From positions 1,234-65,233 of the forward strand of contig JBPCLW010000029.1 of assembly GCA_051002895.1 (NCBI GenBank): a stretch of DNA of 64,000 nt. Direction: 5' to 3'. Source of the stretch: Candidatus Dormibacteria bacterium (GTDB lineage: Bacteria > Chloroflexota > Dormibacteria > Aeolococcales > Aeolococcaceae). The translations under genes were made by a program, and so were the position numbers. A model generated the notes under the pieces. It had not been told where the DNA came from and made no database searches. It saw nothing but the letters and a program-made list of their open reading frames with translations. Positions 12,282 through 21,052 of the stretch are shown one piece after another (positions within the stretch are counted from its first letter, which is position 1; each line of letters opens with the position of its first letter).

Positions 12282-13381
12282 TCACCGAGGCGGCCCGGAC
12301 CGACCTCGACGATGCCATCGCGGCCTTCGCCCACGACGTGGTGCGGCCGCGGTCGGCGGCGATGGCGCGAGACGAGGGTGATGCCCACGAATTGCTGCGG
12401 GCCGCCGCCGCGCCGGGCCTCGCCGGTCTCCTCATCCCCGAGCGCTACGGGGGCGCAGGTGCCGGACATGGCGCCTTCGCACGCTTCATCGAGGCCGTGG
12501 CGCGGGAATGTTCGAGCAGTGCGGTGGTGCTGGACGTGCACGGCTCCGTGGGCTCGGAACCGATCGTCGTCTTCGGCAGCGATGACCAATGTCAGGAGTT
12601 GCTTCCGGAGCTGGGGTCGGGTCGTCGACTCGCGGCGTTCGCCCTCACCGAGCCGGCGAGCGGCAGCGATGCCGCCGCTCTAGAGACGCGCGCGACGCGC
12701 GAGGGTGATGACTACATCCTCAACGGAACCAAGGCGTTCATCACCAACGGCGGCGCCGCCGACCTATACACGGTGATGGCGCGGACGGGGCCCGGTGCCG
12801 ATGGCATCAGCGCCTTCATCGTCGACGGGCCCAGCCCGGGACTCCGTGGGGGCGAGCCGCTGTGCAAGATGGGTCTGCGGGGATCGCGGACGGCGGAACT
12901 CATCCTGGACAACGTCCGGGTCCCCGCGTCACGCCTGCTCGGTGACGAGGGCATCGGTTTCCGCGTCGCCATGGCGGCACTCGACTCCGGGCGCATCGGC
13001 ATCTCGGCACAGGCTGTTGGCGTTGCCCAGGGCGCACTCGATGCGGCAGTCGCCCACGCGCGTCGCGCTGGGCGATCCAGCGATGACACGGCTCTTGCCG
13101 ACATGGGGGCGCACGTCGCCGTGGCCCGAGCTCTCACCGCTCACGCCGCTGCCACCATTGACGCGGGCGAGCCGGTCACCCACATCGCCGCCTGCGCCAA
13201 GCTCGTAGCCACCGACACCTGCGTGGCCGTCGCCGACACTGCCGTCGGCCTCTGCGCCCCGGACTCCGGTGCTGAGGATCACCCTGCCGCGATCCGCTTC
13301 CGCGACGCCAAGGCGTGCCAGATCTACGAAGGCACCAACCAAATCCAACGCATCGTCATTGCCCGTGGTCTGCTCCGCTGA
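12278..13381 (+). CDS. Acyl-CoA dehydrogenase
   Basis: 367 aa ACAD fold (FALTEPASGSDAA, YEGTNQIQRIVIARGLL). GTGA overlap with the thiolase stop. Confidence 0.85.
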   Translation: MITEAARTDLDDAIAAFAHDVVRPRSAAMARDEGDAHELLRAAAAPGLAGLLIPERYGGAGAGHGAFARFIEAVARECSSSAVVLDVHGSVGSEPIVVFGSDDQCQELLPELGSGRRLAAFALTEPASGSDAAALETRATREGDDYILNGTKAFITNGGAADLYTVMARTGPGADGISAFIVDGPSPGLRGGEPLCKMGLRGSRTAELILDNVRVPASRLLGDEGIGFRVAMAALDSGRIGISAQAVGVAQGALDAAVAHARRAGRSSDDTALADMGAHVAVARALTAHAAATIDAGEPVTHIAACAKLVATDTCVAVADTAVGLCAPDSGAEDHPAAIRFRDAKACQIYEGTNQIQRIVIARGLLR

Positions 13382-13424
13382 CCTGATGCATCCGGCGCGC
13401 GGGCACCCTGGCGATAATGGCGCC

Positions 13425-14573
13425 ATGGATGTGCGCCTCAACGATGAGCAGCAGATGATCCGGCAGACCGTGCGCGACCTCGTGCGCGACAAAATCGCAC
13501 CGCGCGCGGGTGAGGTCGACGAGACCGGGGAGTTCCCCTGGGATTATGTGGAGCTCTTCCGTAAGCACGATCTCTTCGCTCTCCCATTCCCCCCCGAGCA
13601 CGGTGGGCTCACCGGCAGCGCACTCACCCTCAACCTCGCCATTGAGGAGATTGCCAAGGCGGACGCCAGTGGGGCGCTGATTCTCGCGGTGCAGGCACTT
13701 GGCGGCTACCCGATCATGCTGGCCGGGAGCGAGGAGCAGAAGGCGCGCCTCCTGCCGGAACTCGCCAGCGGTGCCAAGCTCGCCGCCTATGCGCTGACAG
13801 AGCCCGGTGCGGGCAGCGATCCCGGCGGCATGGAGACGGCAGCAACATGCCAGGGCGATGAGTATGTGCTGACCGGTAGCAAGATTTGGATCACCGATGG
13901 GGGAGTGGCCGACACCATCGTGGTGTTTGCCAAGACCGATCCCAGCGCAGGGTCTCGGGGCATCTCGGCGTTCGTTCTGGAGAACTGCCGGGAACTCAAG
14001 GGCTTCACCCCCACCACTATCCATGGCAAGTTGGGGATCCGCGGCAGCAACACTGCGGAGTTGCACCTCGACGAGGTCGTTGTTCCCGCTGCCAACCGCC
14101 TCGGTGCGGAGGGTGACGGCTTCCGGATCGCCATGCAAGTTCTCGACCGCTCTCGTCCCGGCGTCGCCGCCCAGGCGCTCGGCATCGCCCAGGGTGCTCT
14201 CGACTACGCCACGGGCTACGCCAGGGAGCGCCGCCAGTTCGGCAAGGCAATTGGAGAATTCCAGGCCATCCAATTCATGCTCGCGGACATGGAAGCGCAG
14301 ACCCAGGCCGCGCGGGCCATCGTGTATCAGGCGTCGCAGATGATCGATGACAGGAGCGATGAGGTCACCCACTTCGCTGCCATCGCCAAGCTCTTCGCCA
14401 GCGACACAGCAATGCGGGTCACCACCGATGCCGTGCAGGTTCTCGGCGGCTATGGTTACGTGCGCGAGTACCCGGTGGAGCGGATGATGCGGGACGCCAA
14501 GATCACCCAGATCTACGAGGGCACGAATCAGATCCAGCGGCTCGTCATCGCCCGCGATCTGGTGAAAACCTAG
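13425..14573 (+). CDS. Acyl-CoA dehydrogenase
   Basis: Translation from ATG 13425 begins MDVRLNDEQQMIRQTVRDL, a typical ACAD N-terminus. 382 aa. The upstream 52 codons of ORF 13269 overlap the previous ACAD and are non-homologous. Confidence 0.85.
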   Translation: MDVRLNDEQQMIRQTVRDLVRDKIAPRAGEVDETGEFPWDYVELFRKHDLFALPFPPEHGGLTGSALTLNLAIEEIAKADASGALILAVQALGGYPIMLAGSEEQKARLLPELASGAKLAAYALTEPGAGSDPGGMETAATCQGDEYVLTGSKIWITDGGVADTIVVFAKTDPSAGSRGISAFVLENCRELKGFTPTTIHGKLGIRGSNTAELHLDEVVVPAANRLGAEGDGFRIAMQVLDRSRPGVAAQALGIAQGALDYATGYARERRQFGKAIGEFQAIQFMLADMEAQTQAARAIVYQASQMIDDRSDEVTHFAAIAKLFASDTAMRVTTDAVQVLGGYGYVREYPVERMMRDAKITQIYEGTNQIQRLVIARDLVKT

Positions 14574-14748
14574 AACGCGGTCAGTGCCAGGCGCCCACGA
14601 AGTCGGCGGCATGTACGCCACAGTCGGCCGGCCTGCGGTACCCTGGCGCGGCTCGGAAACCCTTTCGTCCTCTCCACGTTCCACACAGGGAGCCGGTGCC
14701 GATGATCGCGCCGCGCGATCAGGCGGACGTCTGTTCGCCCCACCGTAC

Positions 14749-16215
14749 ATGGATTTCATGGCAACAAGAACACGCAGGCGCCGCTCGCGATATTCCTTTC
14801 GCCCGCGTTGGCTCACACTGAAGCGCACCGTTGCCCTGGCGATCACTGCGGTGCTCTTCATCGTCGGGCTGTACGGCGTGCGCACGGCCGTGGCGCTTGG
14901 CAAAGTGTTCCATACCGACCCGGTGAGTGCCGTCGTCAACCTCGTCCATGGCGGCGGTGGGTCCAAAATCCAGGGCGACGTCGCCAACCTCAAGCGCATC
15001 AACATCGCGCTGTATGGCTATGGGGGCCCGGGTCACGATGGTCCCTACCTCACCGATTCCATCATGGTCGTCTCCCTCCAGCCGGAGGCAGACAGAACCG
15101 TTCGCGTTGCTGAGATCTCGGTTCCCCGGGATTGGTACGTCCCCATCGAGCTGGGTAATGGCAAACGCGGTTTCGATCGCGTCAATCAGGCGTATTCCAG
15201 CGGCATGGACGGCAGCGGTCCAGTGCCGTCGGATCAGCCTGGGGCCGGTGCGTCGGTCGCCAATCCGACGCTGAGCCGGATGCTCGGCCTGCAGATCGAT
15301 TACTTCGTGGGAATCGACTTCTCGGCCTTCAAGTCCGCGGTTGATGCGGTCGGTGGCGTCGACGTCAACGTGCCCACGTCCTTCACTGACAGCGAGTACC
15401 CCGCTGGCGAGTGTGTCAACGGCGGTGACTGTAGCTACCGCCGGGTCCACTTTGACTCCGGGATCCAGCATATGGACGGCGCCACCGCGTTGGTCTTCTC
15501 GCGCTCCCGTCACGGCAGCGATGGCGAAGGGAGCGACTTCGCCCGCAGCAAGCGCCAGCAACTCATCACCGCTGCGGTCAAGCAGAAGCTTCTCTCGGTC
15601 GGCGGCATCGGTCAACTCCCCGACCTTCTCAACGCCCTTGGGGACCATGTCAAGACAGACCTCACAATCAACGACGCTGAGGCGGTCTACGCCCTGGTGA
15701 AGAACATCGACCCGGCGAGCGTCGTCCACATCAGTCTCGACGATCAGAATTTCCTCTACGAATGCGGATACCCGGGCAACTGCGATTCCGCAGTCATCTA
15801 CGCGCACGACTCCACGTACCAGGAATTGAAGCACTTCGATGAGTCGATCTTTGTGGATTCGTCGCTGACCGGAAATGGTGTGCACATTGCGATCAAGGAC
15901 GGCAGCGGAACCGGTAACGGCGCTTCGACCCGCTGGACCGCCATCTTTGGCCAGCTAGGCTGGCACCTCGATGACCAGGGACCGGTCCGTCGCACGACAA
16001 CCACGAAGGTTATCGATGGCAGCGCTGGTGCGGCGCCCGGCGTGGCGAAGTGGTTTGCTGACTACTTCGGAGTCCCCGTTACTGCCCCAAGCGCAGCACC
16101 GGCATCCGCGTCTGGGAAAGCGACTCCCGGATCCGGGATCTCACCAACGGTGACCATCATTCTCGGCGCGGACGAGGAGCATGCCTTCAACAATGCCCCC
16201 GGATGGGGCCACTGA
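14749..16215 (+). CDS. LytR-CpsA-Psr (LCP) family cell-envelope glycopolymer transferase
   Basis: N-terminal basic cytoplasmic tail plus TM (RTRRRRSRY...ALAITAVLFIVGLYG). LCP core motifs INIALYGYGG, DSIMVVSL, SVPRD. Start placed at ATG 14749 (alternative ATG at 14758). The ORF-track start 14584 would give a 55-aa non-homologous extension. Confidence 0.8.
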   Translation: MDFMATRTRRRRSRYSFRPRWLTLKRTVALAITAVLFIVGLYGVRTAVALGKVFHTDPVSAVVNLVHGGGGSKIQGDVANLKRINIALYGYGGPGHDGPYLTDSIMVVSLQPEADRTVRVAEISVPRDWYVPIELGNGKRGFDRVNQAYSSGMDGSGPVPSDQPGAGASVANPTLSRMLGLQIDYFVGIDFSAFKSAVDAVGGVDVNVPTSFTDSEYPAGECVNGGDCSYRRVHFDSGIQHMDGATALVFSRSRHGSDGEGSDFARSKRQQLITAAVKQKLLSVGGIGQLPDLLNALGDHVKTDLTINDAEAVYALVKNIDPASVVHISLDDQNFLYECGYPGNCDSAVIYAHDSTYQELKHFDESIFVDSSLTGNGVHIAIKDGSGTGNGASTRWTAIFGQLGWHLDDQGPVRRTTTTKVIDGSAGAAPGVAKWFADYFGVPVTAPSAAPASASGKATPGSGISPTVTIILGADEEHAFNNAPGWGH

Positions 16216-16229
16216 GCGACAATCCCGCG

Positions 16230-17264
16230 ATGCGCATCGGTCTCCTCACCGGTGGCGGGGATGCCCCCGGCCTCAACGCAGCCATCCGCGCTGTTGGCCG
16301 TCGAGCCCTCGCCGCCTCGCACACAGTGGTTGGCATCCAGAACGGCTGGGCCGGCCTGATCGGCAATGGCGACTACCGCGACCTCGACCGTCGCATGTTC
16401 AGCGGCATCCTCCAACTAGGAGGCACCATCCTGGGAAGTTCGCGAACCAACCCGATCAAGCGCGAGGGCGGGCTCGAGGAGGTGCGCAACAACCTCGAAA
16501 GAGCGAAGCTCGACGCGCTCGTCGCCATCGGTGGTGACGACACTCTCTCGGTTGCGGCGTGGCTCGCGGACCACGGAGCTCCCGTCGTTGGTGTGCCCAA
16601 GACCATGGACAACGACCTCTCGGTCACCGAGTACTGCATCGGTTTCGACACCGCGGTCGGGCGAGTCGCCGAGGCGCTCGACCGTCTCCACACCACCGCG
16701 GCGGCGCATCACCGCGTCATGGTCGTGGAGGTGATGGGACGCGATACCGGATGGGTAGCGCTGCTGGGTGGGCTCGCCGGGGGAGCCGACATGATCCTCA
16801 TCCCCGAGGTTCCCGTCTCGCTCGACGATATCGTCGAGCATGTCGACCGCCGCCGGCGCGGGGGCAGTGATTTCAGCATCATCGTCGTGGCCGAGGGCTT
16901 CGAGACAGAGAACAGCTCCGAGCAGGACAACGGGGCCGGCAAACGCGACGCCTTCGGTCACGTGCAACTGAGCCAGCGTGGCGTCGCCGACACCCTCGCC
17001 GAAAGCATCGAGGAGCGTACTGGACACGAGACGCGCACCACCGTGCTTGGACACACCCAGCGCGGCGGCACCCCGTCGGCCTTCGACCGAATCTGGGCCA
17101 CGCGGGTGGGGCTTGCTGCGTACGACCTCGTGTGCGCCGGCTCGTGGGGCCTCATGCCCGTGGTGCGCAATGGCACCGTGGAGACGGCTCCGATCGCCGC
17201 TGTCGTCGCCGAGCAGCGCCGGGTTCCAACGGATCTGTACGAGTTGGCCAGGGTCTTCTACTGA
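16230..17264 (+). CDS. pfkA: 6-phosphofructokinase (PFK-A family)
   Basis: From ATG 16230: MRIGLLTGGGDAPGLNAAIRAV (canonical PFK N-terminus), plus GGDDTL, MGRDTGW and PKTMDNDL motifs. 345 aa. Confidence 0.85.
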   Translation: MRIGLLTGGGDAPGLNAAIRAVGRRALAASHTVVGIQNGWAGLIGNGDYRDLDRRMFSGILQLGGTILGSSRTNPIKREGGLEEVRNNLERAKLDALVAIGGDDTLSVAAWLADHGAPVVGVPKTMDNDLSVTEYCIGFDTAVGRVAEALDRLHTTAAAHHRVMVVEVMGRDTGWVALLGGLAGGADMILIPEVPVSLDDIVEHVDRRRRGGSDFSIIVVAEGFETENSSEQDNGAGKRDAFGHVQLSQRGVADTLAESIEERTGHETRTTVLGHTQRGGTPSAFDRIWATRVGLAAYDLVCAGSWGLMPVVRNGTVETAPIAAVVAEQRRVPTDLYELARVFY

Positions 17265-17294
17265 GGTAGAGCCAGACGGCCATGGGGCGCCGCC

Positions 17295-18773
17295 ATGTCC
17301 GAAAACCGCCAGCGCCAGACCGTGTGCGGGGCGCAGGATAGCGGCATGGACGAGGAGTTCGAACGCCGCTACCAGGCGGTGCTCAGCCGGGACGCGCGCT
17401 TCGATGGATCGTTCGTCACCGCGGTGACGTCGACGGGGGTATTCTGCCGCCCAGTCTGCCCATCGCGGACACCGCGACGGGAGAACGTCCGCTTCTATGC
17501 CACGGCGCAGGCCGCGCGGAGCGCGGGTTTCCGCGCCTGCAAGCGGTGCGTCCCCGAGCCTGCCGTCGCAATCGGGGGTGCCGGTGGTGAGCCCGCCCTG
17601 GCGCTCATCGCAGATGGGTCCGCCGATGGCGGCGTCGGAGCAGTTGCGCGGAGACTCCATATCGGCGAGCGCCAGTTGCATCGCCGCGTCGCCAGGGCTG
17701 TCGGTGTGTCGCCGTTGCGACTGGCACAGAGTCGCCGGGTGCAGACAGCCCGCGCCCTGTTGGAGACGACGGTCCTGCCGATCACCGAGGTCGCATTCTC
17801 GTCGGGCTTCCGCTCGGTTCGGCAGTTCAATGACACCCTCCGCTCCGAGTTTCACTGTGCGCCGTCAGCAATCCGAAGCGCCGGTACCGCGCCCGGACCA
17901 GGCGGGTGGTTCCATGTACGACTGCGCGTGCGTCCGCCGCACGATACCGCCCGGCTGCTCTCCTTCCTGGGCACTCGCGCCATCGTTGGCATCGAGACCT
18001 GGGACGGCAGCATCTACCGCCGCGTACTGCGGACGCGCGGCGGCAGCGCCGTCATCGAACTTCAAGGGGGCGGTGAAGCCGTCCAACTTCGGGCCCGCGT
18101 CGACAATGTCGGCGACCTCGGGGAGGTCGTGCAGCGCAGCCGTCATATCATCGACGCTGATGCCGATCCCGGCGTCATCGCCGAGCGCCTGGGTGTCGAT
18201 CCTCTGCTGGGGCCATCGGTCGCGGCGGCGCCAGGTCTGCGGCTTCCCGGCGCTGCGGACGCCTTCGAGATCATGGTGCGCGCGGTACTCGGTCAGCAGG
18301 TGACCGTCGCGGGAGCGCGGACGCTCGCCGGCCGCATCGTCGCCCGCCACGGAACTGCGCTGGCCGAGCCGCACGGGGGAATTACGCACGTCTTCCCCGA
18401 TGCCCAAACCCTCGATGGCGCCGAGCTCTCCGGTCTCGGACTCACCGGTCGCCGTATCGATTCCCTCCATGCGCTGGCGGCTGCGGTGACCGAGGGAAAG
18501 CTCGACGTCGGCGGTCCTGCCGCGGTCATCGACGCCGGGTTGCAGCGCCTGCCCGGGTTCGGCCCCTGGACCCGCAGCTACATCGCCATGCGGGCGCTCG
18601 GAGATCCCGACGCGTTTCCTGCCGGCGACCTCGGGCTACGCCGCGCCTTGGAGCGCGCCGGCGTCCACGCATCTGTGCGCGCTCTCGAGGAGCGCAGCCA
18701 GGCCTGGCGGCCTTGGCGTGCTTACGCCGCCCTGCATCTCTGGAACTCCCTGACCCTGGAGGCGAACCCATGA
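17295..18773 (+). CDS. alkA: Ada-AlkA fusion protein: methylphosphotriester-DNA methyltransferase with AraC-type regulator, fused to DNA-3-methyladenine glycosylase II
   Basis: N-terminus has the Ada Zn-binding Cys cluster (FVTAVTSTGVFCRPVCPSR...CKRC) followed by an AraC HTH. C-terminal half is an HhH-GPD glycosylase domain (AlkA-like). Same architecture as mycobacterial Rv1317c. Confidence 0.8.
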   Translation: MSENRQRQTVCGAQDSGMDEEFERRYQAVLSRDARFDGSFVTAVTSTGVFCRPVCPSRTPRRENVRFYATAQAARSAGFRACKRCVPEPAVAIGGAGGEPALALIADGSADGGVGAVARRLHIGERQLHRRVARAVGVSPLRLAQSRRVQTARALLETTVLPITEVAFSSGFRSVRQFNDTLRSEFHCAPSAIRSAGTAPGPGGWFHVRLRVRPPHDTARLLSFLGTRAIVGIETWDGSIYRRVLRTRGGSAVIELQGGGEAVQLRARVDNVGDLGEVVQRSRHIIDADADPGVIAERLGVDPLLGPSVAAAPGLRLPGAADAFEIMVRAVLGQQVTVAGARTLAGRIVARHGTALAEPHGGITHVFPDAQTLDGAELSGLGLTGRRIDSLHALAAAVTEGKLDVGGPAAVIDAGLQRLPGFGPWTRSYIAMRALGDPDAFPAGDLGLRRALERAGVHASVRALEERSQAWRPWRAYAALHLWNSLTLEANP

Positions 18774-19294
18774 TTGGATCCACAATTCTTCGCAGCACTG
18801 TCATCGAGGCCCCGTTTGGACCTATGACCCTCATCGCGGAGGGAGATACCGTTGTCGCCAGTGGCTTTGGTCACGGCATCGACAGGCTGCGCCGCCATCT
18901 GGACGATCCCGGCGCGGCCATCGACGTTACCGCCGAACTTGGCGAGATCTCGGACCGCATCGCCGGCTACCTGAATGGAGACGCGACCGCCATCGACGCC
19001 ATCGCTGTCCGCGGTCGCGGAAGCGCCATCATGCAAAATCTGTGGGCACGCCTCCGCCGCGTGCCGGCAGGAACGACAGTCAGTTACTCCGGGTTCGGTG
19101 AGTCACCGCGGATGGCCCGGGTGGCCGCGACCGCGTGTGCTCGCAATCCCATCGCGCTCATCGTCCCGTGCCATCGGGTGATTCGCTCGGATGGCGGCCT
19201 GGGTGGGTTTGGTGGCGGACTCCCCGCCAAGCGCTGGCTGCTCGATCATGAGGCCACTGCGGCGGGCACAGCGGCGCTCCTCGCGGTGGGCTGA
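18770..19294 (+). CDS. ogt: Methylated-DNA--protein-cysteine methyltransferase
   Basis: From ATG 18770 (ATGA overlap with the alkA stop): 174 aa with active-site PCHRV motif and C-terminal HTH. Confidence 0.85.
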   Translation: MIGSTILRSTVIEAPFGPMTLIAEGDTVVASGFGHGIDRLRRHLDDPGAAIDVTAELGEISDRIAGYLNGDATAIDAIAVRGRGSAIMQNLWARLRRVPAGTTVSYSGFGESPRMARVAATACARNPIALIVPCHRVIRSDGGLGGFGGGLPAKRWLLDHEATAAGTAALLAVG

Positions 19295-19326
19295 GGCGAG
19301 GGGAGGGGCCAGTACACTCGCCTCCA

Positions 19327-20268
19327 ATGGCTGAGGAGACGCTGGCAAACCGGCTGCGCAGCGGCGAGGTGCGTGCCCTGGCGCGGGCGATCCGCATGGT
19401 TGAGGATCGTGATCCTGCGGTCCCGCGGCTGCTCCGTGAGGTGCGCGGCGGCGCCGAGACGGCGATGATCACCGGTCTCACGGGGGCGCCGGGCAGTGGT
19501 AAGTCCACGCTCTGCGATCAACTCATCGGCCACTGGCGTGCCGCAGGCCACCGTGTGGGAGTTATCGCCGTCGATCCCTCCAGTCCCTTTACCGGCGGAG
19601 CCATTCTCGGCGACCGGGTGCGCATGCAACGGCACACTGGAGACGATGGGGTGTACATCCGCAGCATGGCGGCACGCGGGCACCTCGGCGGCCTTGCTTC
19701 CGCGGCTCGCGAGGCGATTCGCCTCGTCGCCGCCAGCGGTCGGGACCACTGCTTGCTGGAAACCGTCGGCGTGGGTCAGTCCGAACTGGAGGTGATGCAG
19801 ACCGCCGACACCACCATCGTGGTCACAACTCCATCGTCGGGCGACGCGGTGCAGATCATCAAGGCCGGGATCCTGGAGATTGCTGACATCTTTGTCGTCA
19901 ACAAGGCCGATCTGCCCGGCGCGGCCAGGGTCTACCGCGAACTGCGCGATCTCGTGCGCCAGACCAAGGCTCATGATGACTGGCAGCCGCCGGTGATCCA
20001 GACCGAGGCGTCGACGGGGAAGGCTGTTGAGGAACTCATCGAGGCAATCGACGCCCATCAGCGGACGATCGCGGCGACAGGGGAACTGCAGCGGCGGCGA
20101 GTGAGGCGCCTGCGCGCTGAGGTTGAGGCGATCGTGGTGGAGCGCGCGGCGCAGCGCGCGCGCCGGGCCCTGGGAAGCGGCGAACTGGGGGTCGATGACG
20201 ACACCGACCTCGCCAAGGCTGACCCCTACCTGCTTGCCGAGCGCATCCTCAGTGAGGCATCGGCATAG
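19327..20268 (+). CDS. meaB: Methylmalonyl-CoA mutase-associated G-protein chaperone MeaB (ArgK family)
   Basis: 313 aa. P-loop GLTGAPGSGKST, switch regions, and NKAD specificity motif (VVNKADL). Confidence 0.9.
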   Translation: MAEETLANRLRSGEVRALARAIRMVEDRDPAVPRLLREVRGGAETAMITGLTGAPGSGKSTLCDQLIGHWRAAGHRVGVIAVDPSSPFTGGAILGDRVRMQRHTGDDGVYIRSMAARGHLGGLASAAREAIRLVAASGRDHCLLETVGVGQSELEVMQTADTTIVVTTPSSGDAVQIIKAGILEIADIFVVNKADLPGAARVYRELRDLVRQTKAHDDWQPPVIQTEASTGKAVEELIEAIDAHQRTIAATGELQRRRVRRLRAEVEAIVVERAAQRARRALGSGELGVDDDTDLAKADPYLLAERILSEASA

Positions 20269-20283
20269 ATTCCGTTGCGTGAC

Positions 20284-20730
20284 TCAGCCACCGCGCTCCA
20301 CTGTCTGGAGCGGATGACGCCACCTCAGGCCCGGGAACCGGCTGTAGTCGTGGTCGGTCGTCATCCACTCGCTACCGGACTCGATGGCGAGCGCCGCCAG
20401 GTAGGCATCGGGCACGAGATTCCCTTTCGTGCCGACCGTTCGACATAGCCGGGTGAAGATGTCCCAGTGGCGGGAACCCGGGCTGACGGGCACGGCGTTG
20501 GGCTGGGCGCGAATGGCCTCCACGAATCCGAGGGCATGGTCCAAAGGGCTCGGCGGATCAAACACGCGGGGATGGGTGACGACTCTGAGGAAGCCACTGA
20601 GAACGAGATCTGCGAGCCCGTAGGCCGTCTCGGAGCCCAGCATTGACTGGAGCCAGCGATGGTAGCGAGCGTGCTCATGGGCGTCCTCGCGGTATGCGTA
20701 GACCAGGACATTGACGTCAACGAGTTGCAC
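20284..20730 (-). CDS. vapC: PIN-domain ribonuclease toxin VapC
   Basis: 148 aa. N-terminal MQLVDVNVLVYA with a conserved acidic residue, and the C-terminal acidic residues of the PIN fold. Confidence 0.8.
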   Translation of the reverse strand: MQLVDVNVLVYAYREDAHEHARYHRWLQSMLGSETAYGLADLVLSGFLRVVTHPRVFDPPSPLDHALGFVEAIRAQPNAVPVSPGSRHWDIFTRLCRTVGTKGNLVPDAYLAALAIESGSEWMTTDHDYSRFPGLRWRHPLQTVERGG

Positions 20731-20968
20731 GTTCGTTCATCAATTCCAGCAGGGAAGCCGTATTGTCGAGATCGACCCCCGGCTGCAAGCCCGAACCGGC
20801 GAACGTTGGAATGTCGGCCTCACTCAGCGGGTTGCGGGGTTCATTGCGGCGGCCCAATGACTCGCGCAGCGCATCTTCCATGACCTGCGTGAGCGTTCGG
20901 CCAGTCCTACCGGCTGTAGCCTTGGCCTCGGCAAGGAGCGCGTCATCAAGCCGAACGGTTGTCCTCAC
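20717..20968 (-). CDS. vapB: Antitoxin VapB (ribbon-helix-helix/CopG-like)
   Basis: 83 aa. N-terminus MRTTVRLDDALLAEAKATAGRTGRTLTQVMEDAL is a typical RHH antitoxin. 14-nt overlap with the vapC start. Confidence 0.7.
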   Translation of the reverse strand: MRTTVRLDDALLAEAKATAGRTGRTLTQVMEDALRESLGRRNEPRNPLSEADIPTFAGSGLQPGVDLDNTASLLELMNERATR

Positions 20969-21052
20969 GCATCAAAGCATCATGCCTGGACATCGATATG
21001 TCAAGGATCCCTCCCCTCGCCCCAGCCGTCGCTGGGGGGACAATGGCTTCCG

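Noticed and set aside
13356-15005. 549-aa minus-strand ORF
   Set aside because: Antisense to the third acyl-CoA dehydrogenase and the LCP gene 5' region.
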